Assembly (NCBI RefSeq): GCF_030144855.1
Contig: NC_082712.1
Span: 58,528,001-58,592,000 of the forward strand
Source: Hypanus sabinus
Lineage: Eukaryota
DNA length: 64,000 nt
Direction of reading: 5' to 3'
Part shown: positions 36,525 through 48,750 of the stretch, one piece after another
Position numbering within the stretch: the stretch's first letter is position 1
Layout: every line of letters starts with the position of its first letter
Position numbers and translations under genes: made by a program
The notes under the pieces: model-generated
The model's input: only the letters and a program-made list of their open reading frames with translations
Told to the model about the DNA's origin: nothing
Database searches by the model: none

Positions 36525-38980
36525 GACCATAAGATATAGGCGCAGAATTAGGTCATTTGGCCCATCCAGTCTACTCCACCATTTTGTCGTGGTTGATCCA
36601 TTTTGCCTCTCAGCCCTAAATCTCCCGCCTTCTCCCCATATCCCTTCATGCAGTGACCAGTCAAGAACCTATCAAACCTTGCCTTAAATATACATGAAGA
36701 CTTGGCCTCCACAGCTGCCTGTGGCTAAGAAGTCCACAGATTCGATACTCTCTAGCTAAATAAATTCCTCCTCATCTATTCTGAGGCTGTGTCCTCTGGT
36801 CTTAGACTCTCCCACCATAGGAAACATCCTCTCCATATCCACTCCATCAAAGCCTTTCACCATTTGACAGATTTCAATAAGGTCACCACTCATTCTTCTG
36901 AGTTCTAGTGAATACAGCCCCAGAGCCATCAAACGCTCTTCATATGACAAGCCATTCAATCTTGGAATCATTTTCACAAACCTCCTTTGAACCTTCTCCA
37001 GTTTCAGCACAACCTTTCTAAGATAAGGGTACAAAACTGCTCACAATACTCCAAGTGAGGCTTCACTGGTGCTTTATAAAGTCTCAACATTACATCATTG
37101 CTTTTATATTCTAGTCCTCTTGAAATGAATGCCAACAATGTATTTGCCTTCCTCACCACAGACTCAAACTGCAAATTAACTTCTAGGGAATCCTGTACAA
37201 TAACTCTCAAGTCCCTTTGCACCTCATGTTTTCTCTCCATTTAGAAAATAGTCAGACATTTCATTTCTTCTACCAAAGTGCATAACCATACACTTCCCAA
37301 CACTATATTTCATCTACCATTTCTTTGCCCATTCTCCTAATCTAAGTACTTATGTAGCCTCTCTACTTCCTCAAAACTACCTGACCCTCCACTTACCTTC
37401 ATATTGTCTGCAGACTTCGCCAGAAAGCCATCAATTTCATCATTCAAATCATTGACATACACCATAAAAAGAATCGGTCACAACACAAACCCCTGTGGAA
37501 CCCCATTAATCATCAGCAGCCAACCAGGCTCCCTTTATTCCCATACTTTGCCTCCTGCCAATTGGCCACTGCTTTATCCATGCTAGAATCTTTCCTGTAA
37601 TACCATGAGCTCATAGCTTGTTAAGCAGCCTCATGTGTGGCACCTTGTCAAAGGCCTTCTGAAAATCTAAGTGCACAACATCAACCAATTCTTCTTTGTC
37701 TTGTCTTGCTTGTTGTTTCTTCAAAGAAATCTAACAGATTTTTCAGGCAAGATTTTCCCTTCAGAAAACCATGCTGACTATGGCCTATTTTATCATGTGT
37801 CTCCAAGTACCCTGAGACCTCATCCTTAATAATCGACTCCAACATCTTCCCATCCACCAAGGTCAGACTAACTGGATTCTAGTTTCCTTTCTTCTGCCTC
37901 TCTCTCTTCTTGAGGAGTGGAGTGACATTTGTTATTTTCTAGTCTTCCTGAACCATTCCAGAATTTAGTGATTCATGAAAGATCATTACCAATATCTCAA
38001 CAAACTCTTCAGCCACCTCTTTCACAACTCTAGAGTGTACCCCTCTGGTCCAGGTGACTTCTCTACCTTCAGACCTTTCAGTTTCCCAGGGACCTTCTGG
38101 CTAGTTATGGTAACTTCACACACTTCATGACTCCTGACACCTCTGGTCCGATATCCATACTTGCCTCTCTCTTATTCTTCATGAATCTGAAAAAACTTTT
38201 GGTATCCTCTTTAATATTATTGGCTCGCTTACTTTCATATTGCATCTTTACCTTCTTAATGACTTTTTTAGTTGCCTTCTGTTAGTTTTTAAAAGCTTCC
38301 CAATCATCTAACTTCCCACTAATTTTTGCTCTATTAGATGCCCTCCCCTTGACTTTTATGTTGGCTTTGATTTCTCTTGTTAGCTGCAACTGTGTCATCT
38401 TTCCTTTAGAATAATTTTTCCTCTTTAGGATGAATGTATCCTGTGCCTTCTGAGTTGCTTCCAGAAATTCTAGCCATTGCTGCTCTGCCATCATCCCTGG
38501 CTGTCTTTATTTGCAATCAATTCTGGCCAACTCCTCTCTCATGCCCCTGTGATTCCCTTTACTCCACTGTAATACTGATACATCTGACTTCAGCTTCTCT
38601 TCAAATTTCTGGGTGCATTTGATCATATTATAATCACTTCCCCTAATGGTTCTTTTACCTTAAGCTCTCTAATCAATTCATTGCACAACACCCAATCTGA
38701 AATAACTGATCCCCTAGTGGGCTCAACCATGAGCTGCTCTAAAAAGCCGTCTCATAGGCACTCAAGAAAGTCCCCCTCCTGGAATCCAGCACCAACCTGA
38801 TTGTTCCAATCTACCTGCATATTGAAGTCCCACATGACTACCACAAAATTGCCCTTTTGGTGTCCATTTTCTATCTCCCATTGTAATTTGTAGGCCGCAT
38901 CTTTACTACTGTAGGAAGGTGTGTATACAACTCCCATAAGGGCTTTTTACCTTTGCGGTCCCTTAGTTCTATCCACAATG
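36525..38980 (-). mobile_element. CR1 LINE ORF2 (EN-RT) fragment
   Basis: GVVYTPSYSS, WDFNMQVDW, LRLYKAPVKPHLEYC; CR1 3' tail near 36525. Confidence 0.9.
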
Positions 38981-40599
38981 AATCTTTGATGTTTATAAAT
39001 TCAGATTTTTTTATAGTTACAGTTCAAGTAGGAAAAAATACTTATCTGCAAAAGATTGGTTGTTGTAACACCAAATTTGTTTCCCTTTTCACAGATGCAG
39101 CCTGACTATTTGTAGTATTTTCTGCTTTTATTATAAAAGATGTATCTATCCTTCCTGTCCTCAGATTCAATGGTATATAGCTTGCCAAATCCATCTTCAT
39201 TTAGCCTTGTTGAGAGCCACCTATAGCAATGGATTTGTCTTCCCACCTTATTGAGTGAATTATAGATTCAAACTCACATGCATCAGCAAAAAGGCTTTGG
39301 ATTTGTCACAGGACACCACTGCACTTTTCAATTTGCTGGCACCTTGATGAAATGCTTAAGTTCCATTCAACTCAGCAAAAATTATATTATAAATACTCTA
39401 GCATCATGGAGGAAACAGTGGGTGTCAAGTCCACTTCTTAACTTCTTCTGAAGTTAATTCATTTCTTAACTTTATCCCCAGGACGTTCATTTCAGGTCAC
39501 TAGTCGCAAGCTGAGTACAGTGTAAAGTTGGTTATCTTGGAAAATACTTGGCTTCTTTAAAATAGCCCCATGACTATATCATCAGACAGACAGCCCAAGA
39601 ACATTAAATATTCCTCTCTAGGCCAGATCCTTTTAAACCTATTATTTACATCTCAACAAGACTTTGATCTCGAAGATGGAAGAATAACATTTCCCAAATT
39701 GGCGTCATTGAAGGTCAGATAGCTGAGTTTTTCTTCACTACAGACAGAAACACTGCTTTTACAAAGGCTTTTGATTCCATCCCAGTCAGAACAAAATAAC
39801 TTCAAGAAAGTAGGAGCATCCAACTCAAACCCAGCCAATATAAATACAACAAAAAAAAGCCAAACTAAAGTGGTTTGGAGAATTTCAATCACTGCCCAGA
39901 TCAGGATCCTGAAGTGGTATCTCAGCTAAAGTTATATACGCCAAAGTTTTAAAAATTCCGTAAAACACATGAGTAATGCTATCTGGCCTGCTACCCTCCC
40001 TTATTTGGATAGCATTTACTGAGAACATGTCTTCCTTCTCTAACAGTTGCCCAGCTCATTAGCTTGGCAGTGTAGAATAAAAAGTTAAGCTTATTTTTGC
40101 AGCTACAGGTAAGTGGAAATAAAAATAGAACATCATTGAAACATACAAGACTACCGGAATGTAAGGAGTGAATAACATAGGCCACTGTTTCAAGAATAGT
40201 TCCAATATTGAACTGATTATGAATCTCTACCCTAATTAATAATATTTCTACCAAATGTGCTCCCACTGATTAAGCTAGTGGATGTTTGAACATTTTCTGT
40301 TTTATTTCTGACAAATTGGATTCGACCTCTAGCTTTCAAGACATTTAGTAAATTCTGATCAAGACAATTCAAGGGATTTCATTGCAAAAGTAAATTATTT
40401 ACACATTATCACTTTGATTCTCTGGAGTTCACTGTGCACAATTTAGCTGCTTTGCCTTTTACTTTTAAGAAACTTTCTAAGTGCTTCACAGGTTATAAAG
40501 TACTTTATGTTGATCTAAGGCTGTAACAGATGCGAGAGAAATGCAAAACTTTTTCAAAGTGATTGGAGAATTCACAAAATAACTCAAACTGTTGCAAAA

Positions 40600-41090
40600 G
40601 GTTGCTTACGTACTCTGTTGAAGGTGGTGCACCAACTTGTTCCACGTATTGTGTGCTGTGTCACACTTCTTTGTACACGTTTTACTTGTGCTAACGTGAC
40701 TTGTTCAGTCTATATATATATATATACATCTCAATGAAATACTCCAAGACAGTGTAATGGCTCTGGTGCTGGTAGGGATGTATTTTGCTCTTCTAAATTA
40801 CTTACTAATTTAACAAATTCTTTGTGAATGCCATGAGAAGAGACATAGATTTAGGGGAAAAGCATCTTATGATTCTGACCACAGTGCCATTTGGATTAAA
40901 TTCCCTATCAATGACTTCATTAATGTTTTTCAGACCCCCTCTCAAATCAAGTTAGAACTGTCCACATCTATTTAGAGAACAGAGAGACAGCTGAAGATTG
41001 GGAACAAGTGGTGTGATTGACATAACCAAGAGAGACAACTATCAGCAGCTGCTAAAGCCAGAGAGTTCCAGCAACTTCCAGCAGTTTTCT
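40600..41090 (-). promoter_or_regulatory. Candidate unc45b promoter/enhancer and possible non-coding exon 1
   Basis: Repeat-poor DNA with CAGCTG E-boxes (40988-40993, 41046-41051), an HSE-like pentamer array (41060-41089), a (TA)n run (40711-40726) and a minus-strand donor-like C|GTAAGC near 40609. Motif-only inference. Confidence 0.35.
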
Positions 41091-41509
41091 TATTCATTTG
41101 TTAAGTTTACCATGTGATATGCTGAATTGATTTTGGCACCTGTAGTGATATTTAAGTGAAACTGGATACAAAATTCTCTGGCCTGGAGAATTGTGGAGGC
41201 TGACACAATAGGGGTTGTTAAAGAGAAAGTAGACACATTTATTGAAGATCACAAAATTGAGAGCTAGGGAAAACTGGCAGAAAAGAGGTGATGAGGCCTG
41301 CGGCTCATCAACCACAATTGCATTAAATGGCCGGAGAGGCTTGAGGACTGAATGGATTATTCCTGTTCCAATTTTCTTGTTCTTACGTATTAAGTCCATG
41401 CTAGCACTCGCAATGCAACTTCTGAGAGCCAGCTACCTTCAAGGAAATTGTCTGCTCACTCTAATGAGATAAGCTACATATCCTGGCACTAATTAACCTA
41501 AAATATACA

Positions 41510-42400
41510 ACAGAGAACAGCGCAGGACCTTCAGCCCACAACATCAGTACTGAACACAATGTCAAATTAAGCTATAGCGCTTCAGTCTGTTGATGATTCA
41601 TATCTCTCCATTCCCTGCATATTCGCATGTCTAACAGCTCTTAAATTCCACTATCACATCTGTTTCCACCATTATCCCCATCAACTTATTTCAGGCATCT
41701 AACAATTGTTGTGTAAAACACTTGATCCACACATCTGAAAACTTACATCCTCTCACCTTAAAGACATACCCCCTAATATTTGAAATTTCTACCCTGGGTA
41801 ATAATATGTTGACTGTCTTCTCAATCTATTCCTCTCACAATGTTTTAAACTTCTGTCTCAGATACCAGAGAAAACAATAAAGTTTGCCCACTATCTCACT
41901 ACAGCTCATGGAGATGTTGGTGATGGCTCATACACCCTCTAATTCAGGCAACATCATAGTAAACATCTTCTGCGCCTTTTTGAAAGCTTTTCCTGTAACA
42001 AGCAACCAGAATTGCATACAATATTCCAGTGCAGCCTAACCAAATTTTATATATCAGTAACATCGCTTCCTTACTCTTATACTGAGTATTGTGACCAATA
42101 AGGGCAAGCACACTATACACATTCTTTATCATCCTATCTACTTGCACTAACACTGTAAGAGATCTGCAGACTTGGATCCTGAGATCCATTTGTACAACGA
42201 AGTCTTGCCATTAATTGTACACTTTCTCTTTATATTCCCCTCATGTTTGATTGTGTTAAACCCACTCTGGTATTTCTTCTCTCATATCTGTAACTGATGT
42301 GTCATTTGATAGCCATCTACACTGTCCATGGCTCTACCAAAATATGTGTTGTCTGAAAACATGCCCACCCATTTATGTTTTCAACCTATTTTATAGATAT
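41510..42400 (-). mobile_element. Old CR1 LINE 3' fragment
   Basis: DLRIQV...QVDRMIKNVYSVLALI remnant. Confidence 0.75.
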
Positions 42401-42450
42401 TTGTGTATATAAAATATATATAGTAAATATGTGAGAGAGAGAGAAATTTT

Positions 42451-42574
42451 AGCAACACACACAAAATGCTGGTGGAAGGCAGCATGCCAGGCAGCATCAA
42501 TAGGAAGAAGTGCAGTCAACATCTCGGCCCGAATGTTGCTTGAATTTCCAGCCTCTGTAGATTTCCTTGTGTTT
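42451..42574. mobile_element. 124-bp Penelope-derived insertion (inverted pLTR piece plus forward tail)
   Basis: 14-bp TSD GAGAGAGAAATTTT (42437-42450 / 42575-42588). Confidence 0.75.
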
Positions 42575-42789
42575 GAGAGAGAAATTTTTTGGGTATTTCA
42601 GGTTACAACTCATTGAGCATCAAATGAACTGACTGTCATCAGATTGGCGTTTGTGGGATCTCGTTGTGCTGAGATTGCTGTGCTTCCTTCAGTGGACTGC
42701 ATTTTGAAAATACTTTTATTGCCAGAAAAGTAGTTTGTCCACCTGTTTCTATTTGGGAGAATCAGGTGCTGTAAAATTAACTAGCCTCA

Positions 42790-43400
42790 TCCCCTGTCTT
42801 CAGTTGGCAATTGGTTTACAATTGTCACATATACAGAACTAAAATGAAAGTGGTTTTGAATGGGCCGAATGGCCTTTTCAGCACTGTCCTTCTCTATGGC
42901 TCATTAAAAGAGTTGTTTTGCATGTCACCCAGATGGATCATTCCTAAAACAGAGGCAGTACAAAAAGAAAAAGTAATAACAGAATGTATAATAACAGGCT
43001 CTGTTACAGAGAGAGTGTAGTGCAAGCTGGGCCATGATGAGATAGACTGAGAGACCACAACTTCGCCCATGTTGTGCAAGAGGTCCATTCACGAGCCTTA
43101 TAACAGTGGTATAGAATCTGCACTTGAGTCAGGAGGTGCATGTTTTTAAGCTTTTGTATCTTTTGCCTAATGGAAGTGGGAAGAAAATTGATTAGGTGGA
43201 GGTGGGGAGAGAAATCTTTAATTATATTGCCTGCTTTTCCAAAGCAGCAGTAGACAGTCCATGGAAGGGAGATGGGTTTTTGAGATATGCTGAGCTTTGT
43301 ACACAATTCTGTAATTTCTTGCAGTCTTGCCACACCAAGCTGTGATGCACCTGGGTAGGATGCTTTCTGTGGTATACCTGTGGAGATAGATATAGAAACA
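42790..43400 (-). mobile_element. Rex1/Babar-like LINE 3' fragment
   Basis: HRYTTESILPRCITAWCG. Confidence 0.72.
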
Positions 43401-44172
43401 GCAAGCATCCCATTCTATCCTTTTGGAATGGTGGTCACGCAAGGTGGTCTGGGAATTCCTGGAAAGATTGTAAAAGATACTATTAAAAATGGAAGCCCTT
43501 TTGTCTAGTATGAAATGCAAATTTGATTCCCAAAATATCACAAGGGCTACATCTGGGTGATTTTGTTTCACTTAGGAAATACACAACAATCCCTTATCCA
43601 AATACGCCAGATAGATGCAAATCAGTGCTGCACAGTAAGGTTACTACAAGGTCAAAAGCTCTATTGTGACTAGGACGCAACAAGCTGCATGATTTATTTG
43701 TGTAAACTGAGTGACAAGCAACAAGTAAGCATTGGGAACTATTGATTCACCATGGTGCTTAGGAAGATGGGGGTACAAAAGTCAGCAGATGCTGGAATCT
43801 CGAGTTAAAAACAAACCACAGGAGGAAAGCAACAGTTCAAACAGCATCTGCAGAGGAAAGGAACTGACAATGTTCTGACTGAAATCCCTGCAGCCAGTCC
43901 CACCAATCAATGTGCTTGCCCTGGACTGGGTTAACTTCCTGAAGTGCATCACTTCCTCATGTCTGAGTTAAACTCTGTGGGTCAGTCCCCTGCTCTCCTT
44001 CCCAGTTGATCTACGCCCTGTTGTAACCTCACATCATCTTTCTCATTGTCCACTACACAGTCCATTTTGGTGTTATCCACAAACTTACTAACCAATCAAT
44101 GAATTGATCTCTCAGTCCTTTTCTAGTATTGGATTCTGCCTGGTTGTCCTACCATGTACGGAGGTATCTATG

Positions 44173-44420
44173 TACTCAGTGGCCACTTTATTAGGTACAC
44201 CAGTTCACCTGCTGAAACATTTTTTAAAAAACATCCAGTGGGTGTTTTTGTAGATGAAAACACCTTATTAACGAGAAAATTGGCCAGACTGATTCAAGCT
44301 AACAGGAAGGTAACAGTAGTTCAATTAACCACATGTTACAACAGTGGTATGCAGAAGAGCATCTCTGAAAGCACAACCCGTCAAACTTTGAAGTGGATGG
44401 GTTACAGCAGAAGGGAACCA
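44173..44420 (+). mobile_element. Tc1/mariner DNA transposon fragment (left TIR and transposase DNA-binding region)
   Basis: TIR-like ACTCAGTGGCCACTTTATTAGGTACACC; peptide LARLIQANRKVTVVQLTTCYNSGMQKSISESTTRQTLKWMGYSRR resembles the Tc1 second HTH. Confidence 0.8.
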
Positions 44421-44431
44421 TCCAGGTGAGG

Positions 44432-45724
44432 AACACACACAAAATGCTGGTGGAATGCAGCAGGCCAGGCAACATCTATAGGGAGAAGCACTGTCAACGC
44501 TTCGGGTCGAGACCCTTCGTCAGGACTAACTGAAAGAAGAGATAGTAAGAGATTTGAAAGTGGGGGGGGGGGAGGGGAAATCCGAAATGATAGGAGAAGA
44601 CAGGAGAGGGAGGATGAAGCTAAGAGCTGGAAAGTTGATTGGCAAAAGGGATACACAGCTGCAGAGGAAGTGGATCATGGGACGGGAGGCCTAGGGAGAA
44701 AGAAAGGGGGAGGGGAGCACCAGAGGAAGATGTTGAGCAAGCAAGGAGTGATTGTGAGAAGTACAGAGAGAGAGAGAAAAAAGGAATACATAAATAAATA
44801 AATACATACATACATACATAAAGGATGTGGGTAAGACGGGGAAGAGAGGCATTAACGGAAATTAGAGAAGTCAATGTTCATGCCATCAGGTTGCAGGCTA
44901 CCCAGACGAAATATAAGGTGTTGTTCCTCCAACCTAAGTGTGGCTTCATTTTGACAATAGAGGAGGCCACGGATAGACATATCAGAATGGGAATGGGACG
45001 TGGAATTAGAATGTGTGGCCACTGGGAGATCCTGCTTTCTCTGGCAGACAGAGCGAAACGGTCTCCCAGTCTGCGTCGGGTCTCACAAATATATATAGAA
45101 GGCCACACCGGGAGCACCGGCCGCAGTATACCACACCAGCCGACTCACAGGTGAAGTGTTGCCTCACCTGGAAGGACTTTCTGGGGCCCTGAATGGTGGT
45201 GAGGGAGGAAGTGTAAGGGCAATGTGTAGCTCTTGTTCCATTTACAAGGATAAGTGCCTGGAGGGAGATCGGTGGGAAGGGATATTGGGGGGGGGGGAAC
45301 AAATGGACAAGGGAGTCATGTAGGGAGTGATCTCTGCAGAAAGGGCGGGGAGGGAAAGATGTGCTTGGTGGTGGGATCCCGTAGAAGGTGGCGGAAGTTA
45401 CGGAGAATTATATGTTGGACTTGGAGGCTGGTGGGGTGGTAGCTGAGGACAAGGTGAGCCCTATCCCTAGTAGCAGGAGGATGGGGTGAGGGCAGATGTG
45501 CGGGAAATGGGAGAGATGCGTTTGAGAGCAGAGTTGATGGTGGAAGAAGGGAAGCCCCTTTGTTTAAAAAAGGAAGACATCTCCTTCATCCTGGAATGAA
45601 AAGCCTCATCCTGGGAGCAGATGCAGCAGAGACGGAGGAATTATGAGAAGAGGATAGCATTTTTGTTAGAGACAGGGTGGAAGAGGAATAGTCTAGGTAG
45701 CTGTGAGAGTCCGTAGGCAACATT
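44432..45724 (-). mobile_element. Young Penelope-like element, 5'-truncated: RT C-terminus, GIY-YIG endonuclease and pLTR with hammerhead motif
   Basis: Frameshifted peptide SFQVRQHFTCESAGVVYCGRCSRCGLLYI/CETRRRLGDRF (GIY-YIG with Cys motifs); 11-bp TSD TCCAGGTGAGG (44421-44431 / 45725-45735). Confidence 0.85.
44493..44526 (-). ncRNA. Minimal type-I hammerhead ribozyme motif (A15.1>G, probably inactive)
   Basis: Minus strand reads GUC-CUGACGA-A-GGGUC UC GACCC-GAAG-CG-UU-GAC: stem I GUC/GAC, perfect stem II, minimal stem III. Confidence 0.65.
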
Positions 45725-46355
45725 TCCAGGTGAGGCAAATCTGCCTGCAAATCTGCTGGGGTCATCTATTGTATCCACTGCTCCCAATGCAACCTCCTCA
45801 ACATTGGTGAGACCCATCTTAAATCGTAAGACCGCCTCATCAAGCACCACTGTTCCATCCACCAAAAGCGGAAATTCCCAGCGGCCCAACAGTTTAATCC
45901 CATTCTGAAATGTTGGTCCATAGCCCCCTCTTGTACCACAGTGAGGCAAAGCTCAGGGTAGAGGATCAACAACTTATATTCTGTCTGGGTGGCCTCCAAC
46001 CTCATGGCAGTAAAAAACTTTCCATCCTCCAGCGCTCTTCTTCTATTCCCTACTCTGGCCATTTACATCTTCTCACCTGCCTATCACCTCCCTCTGTGTC
46101 CCCTCATCCCTCCCTTTCTCCTATGGCGCACCCTCCTTTCTTATTAGATTCCTTCTTCTTCATCCCTTAACCTTTCTACCCACCTGGCTTCACCTATCAC
46201 CTCCTTACCCTCCATCCACTTATTTATTCTGGCATCTTCCACCTTCCTTTCCAGTTCTGAAGAAGCATCTTGGCCTGAAATGTTGACTGTTTATTCATTT
46301 CCATGGGCGCTGCCAGACCTGCTGAGCTCCTCCAGCATTCTGTGTGTGTCGCTTT
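45725..46355 (+). mobile_element. Older Penelope-like element 3' part (GIY-YIG remnant and pLTR)
   Basis: Remnant EAKLRVEDQQLIFCLGGLQPHG; pyrimidine-rich tail; hammerhead core at 46252-46289. Confidence 0.8.
46252..46289 (+). ncRNA. Minimal type-I hammerhead ribozyme motif (core intact, stem II decayed)
   Basis: CAGUU-CUGAAGA-AGCAUCUUGGCCU-GAAA-UG-UU-GACUG; stem I CAGUU/GACUG. Confidence 0.55.
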
Positions 46356-47555
46356 TAGAAATAGCAGAATAAACTTTCTCCAATGCTGTAATGTGTGCTC
46401 TGAATACAGAAGAACCTGCTTATTCTGATGAAGAATTGGACTATTTGGCCCATGGGTCCATTCTATCTCCTTGAGAAGCAATCTAATCTATTCTGCCTCC
46501 CCTCCTTGATTCCCCTGCAATCAATTCACTCTCATGTGCTAATCAACTTCCTTATTATTCTTTTACTGAAGATTGTTGTTGTTCACTCCCCAGAAGGCAT
46601 TAATGTCACTGCTTGTTTACCTGGCTTCAGAGCACAGATAGGTTTATATAATAACTAAAATAGTGTTCTTAAGATCTAAAATCATAACCCAACAACAATA
46701 AAGATCAATAGAAAGACTGCAGTTGCCAGAAATCTGAAATAAAAACAGAAAATGCTGAAACAATCTGCAGGTCAAATGGCACTGGTCTTCAATCTGAAAC
46801 ATGAACTCTGTCTGTCAGAGGGTTGTTGGCTCAGCCAGTTCCTTCAATGGCCCAATCCTCCCTACCATCAAGAACAATTTTCAAAGGCAGTGCCTCAAGA
46901 AAGTGGCATCCATCATTAAGGACCCTCATCATCCAAGACATGCTCTCTTCTCATTACTGCCATCAGGGAGAAAATACAGGAGCTAAAACCCACACTCAGC
47001 ATTTTAGAAACAATTTCCTAGTTTCTGCCATCAGACATCTGGACAGTCCATGAAATCATGAACACTATTTCACTATTCCCCTTTTGCACTATTCCTTTGT
47101 TTTTATTTTCACAACTTATATCAGTGACAATAAACCGGATTCTGATTCTGATTCTAATCCCAAAGATATTATCTGGCCTACTGTATGTTTCCAGCATTTT
47201 CTGTTTTTATTAATCAACCATGAATTTCTCACTTTATTTTTCATTGCAATTAGAGCTGGAGTTCTTTTAACTCTATTTTTTTATTTTGGTTTTGGTCCAA
47301 ATCCAAGTGTGAGGAATGCCCTGATGTTTGGACGATGTAAATGCCGGGCCAGATCGATTGAAAAGGTAGGGTGTCAGGACATGAGGCAGGGGTCAGACAG
47401 GTTATGCTTGCTGCTCCATGACGTTTATTCGGCTCTGTGTTGAACTGAGGTTGAGGCTGTGGCCTGCTCCAGCTGCTCCAGGCTTTACATCTATGGACTC
47501 ACTTTTGTTTTGAATGCTGTTTACATTCTTTTATTGAATGCACAATTTGTGTTTT

Positions 47556-47579
47556 CTCTCTCTCTCTCTCTCTCTCTCT
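47556..47579. repeat. (CT)n microsatellite
   Basis: Seen directly. Confidence 0.85.
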
Positions 47580-47624
47580 TCACACTGGGTATTTGACCGT
47601 CTTCTTCTTTGTGGATTCTTTTAG

Positions 47625-48750
47625 AACTTAGATATCTGCAGCATGTTACAGGCCCTTCGGCCCACAATGCCGCGCCGACTATTTAACCTACTCTAGAAAC
47701 TGCCTAGAATTTCCCTACCACATAGCCCTCTATTTTACTAAACACCATGTACCCGTCTATGAGTGTCTTAAAAGACCCTATTGTGTCCACCTCTAACACC
47801 TTCGCTGGCAGTGCATTCCACACACCCACCACTCTCTGTATGAAAAACTTAACTCTGACATATCTCTTGTACCTACTTCCAAGCACCTTAAAACTATGCC
47901 CCTTTGTGTTAGCCATTTCAGCCCTGGGAAAAAGCCTCTGACTATCCACACAATCAATGCCTCTCATCATCTTATGCACCTCTATCAGGTCATCTCTCAT
48001 CCCCCATTGCTCCAAGGAGAAAAGGCCAGGTTCACTCAGTCTATTCTCATAATGCATGCTCTCCAATCCAGGCAACATCCTTGTACATCTCCTCTGCACT
48101 CTCTCTGTAGTATCCACATCCTTCCTGTAGTGAGGTGACCAGAACTGAACACAGTACTCAAGTGGTCTTACATAGCTTTAACATTGTCCCATGGCTCTTG
48201 AACTCAATCCCTGATTGATGAATGCCAACATACCATATGCCTTTTTAACAACACTGTCAACCTGCGCAGCAGCTTTGAATGTCCTATGGACATGGACCCC
48301 AAGATCTCTCAGATTCTCCACACTGCCCAGAGTCTTACCATTAATATTATATTCTATCTTCAGATTTGACCTACCAAAATGAACTACTTCACACTTATCT
48401 GGATTGAACTCCATCTGCCATTTCTCAGTATAGCTCTGCATCCTATCAATATCCTGCTGTAACCTCTGACAACTCTCCAGACTATCCACAACACTCACAA
48501 CTTTTGTGTCATCAGCAAACTTACTAACCCACCCTTCTACTTCCTCATCCAGGTCATTTATAAAATTCACAAAAAGGAGGGGTCCCAGAACAGATCCCTG
48601 TGGAACACCACTGGTCACCATCCTCCATGCAGAGTACAAACTATCTACAACCACCCTTTGCTTTCTGTAGTCAAGCCAATTCTGGATCCACAAAGCAAGG
48701 TTTCCTTGGATTACTTTCATTACTTTCTGAATGAGACTTGTATGGGGAAC
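47625..48750 (-). mobile_element. CR1 LINE RT 3' fragment, splitting a Rex-tailed element (47235-47620 / 48755-48855)
   Basis: SGVPQGSVLGPLLF, KFADDTKV, WQMEFNPDKCEV. Confidence 0.92.

Noticed and set aside
44432-46355. A single Penelope element with long inverted terminal repeats
   Set aside because: The two arms are divergent subfamilies, and an 11-bp TSD brackets only the left arm, so these are two separate insertions.
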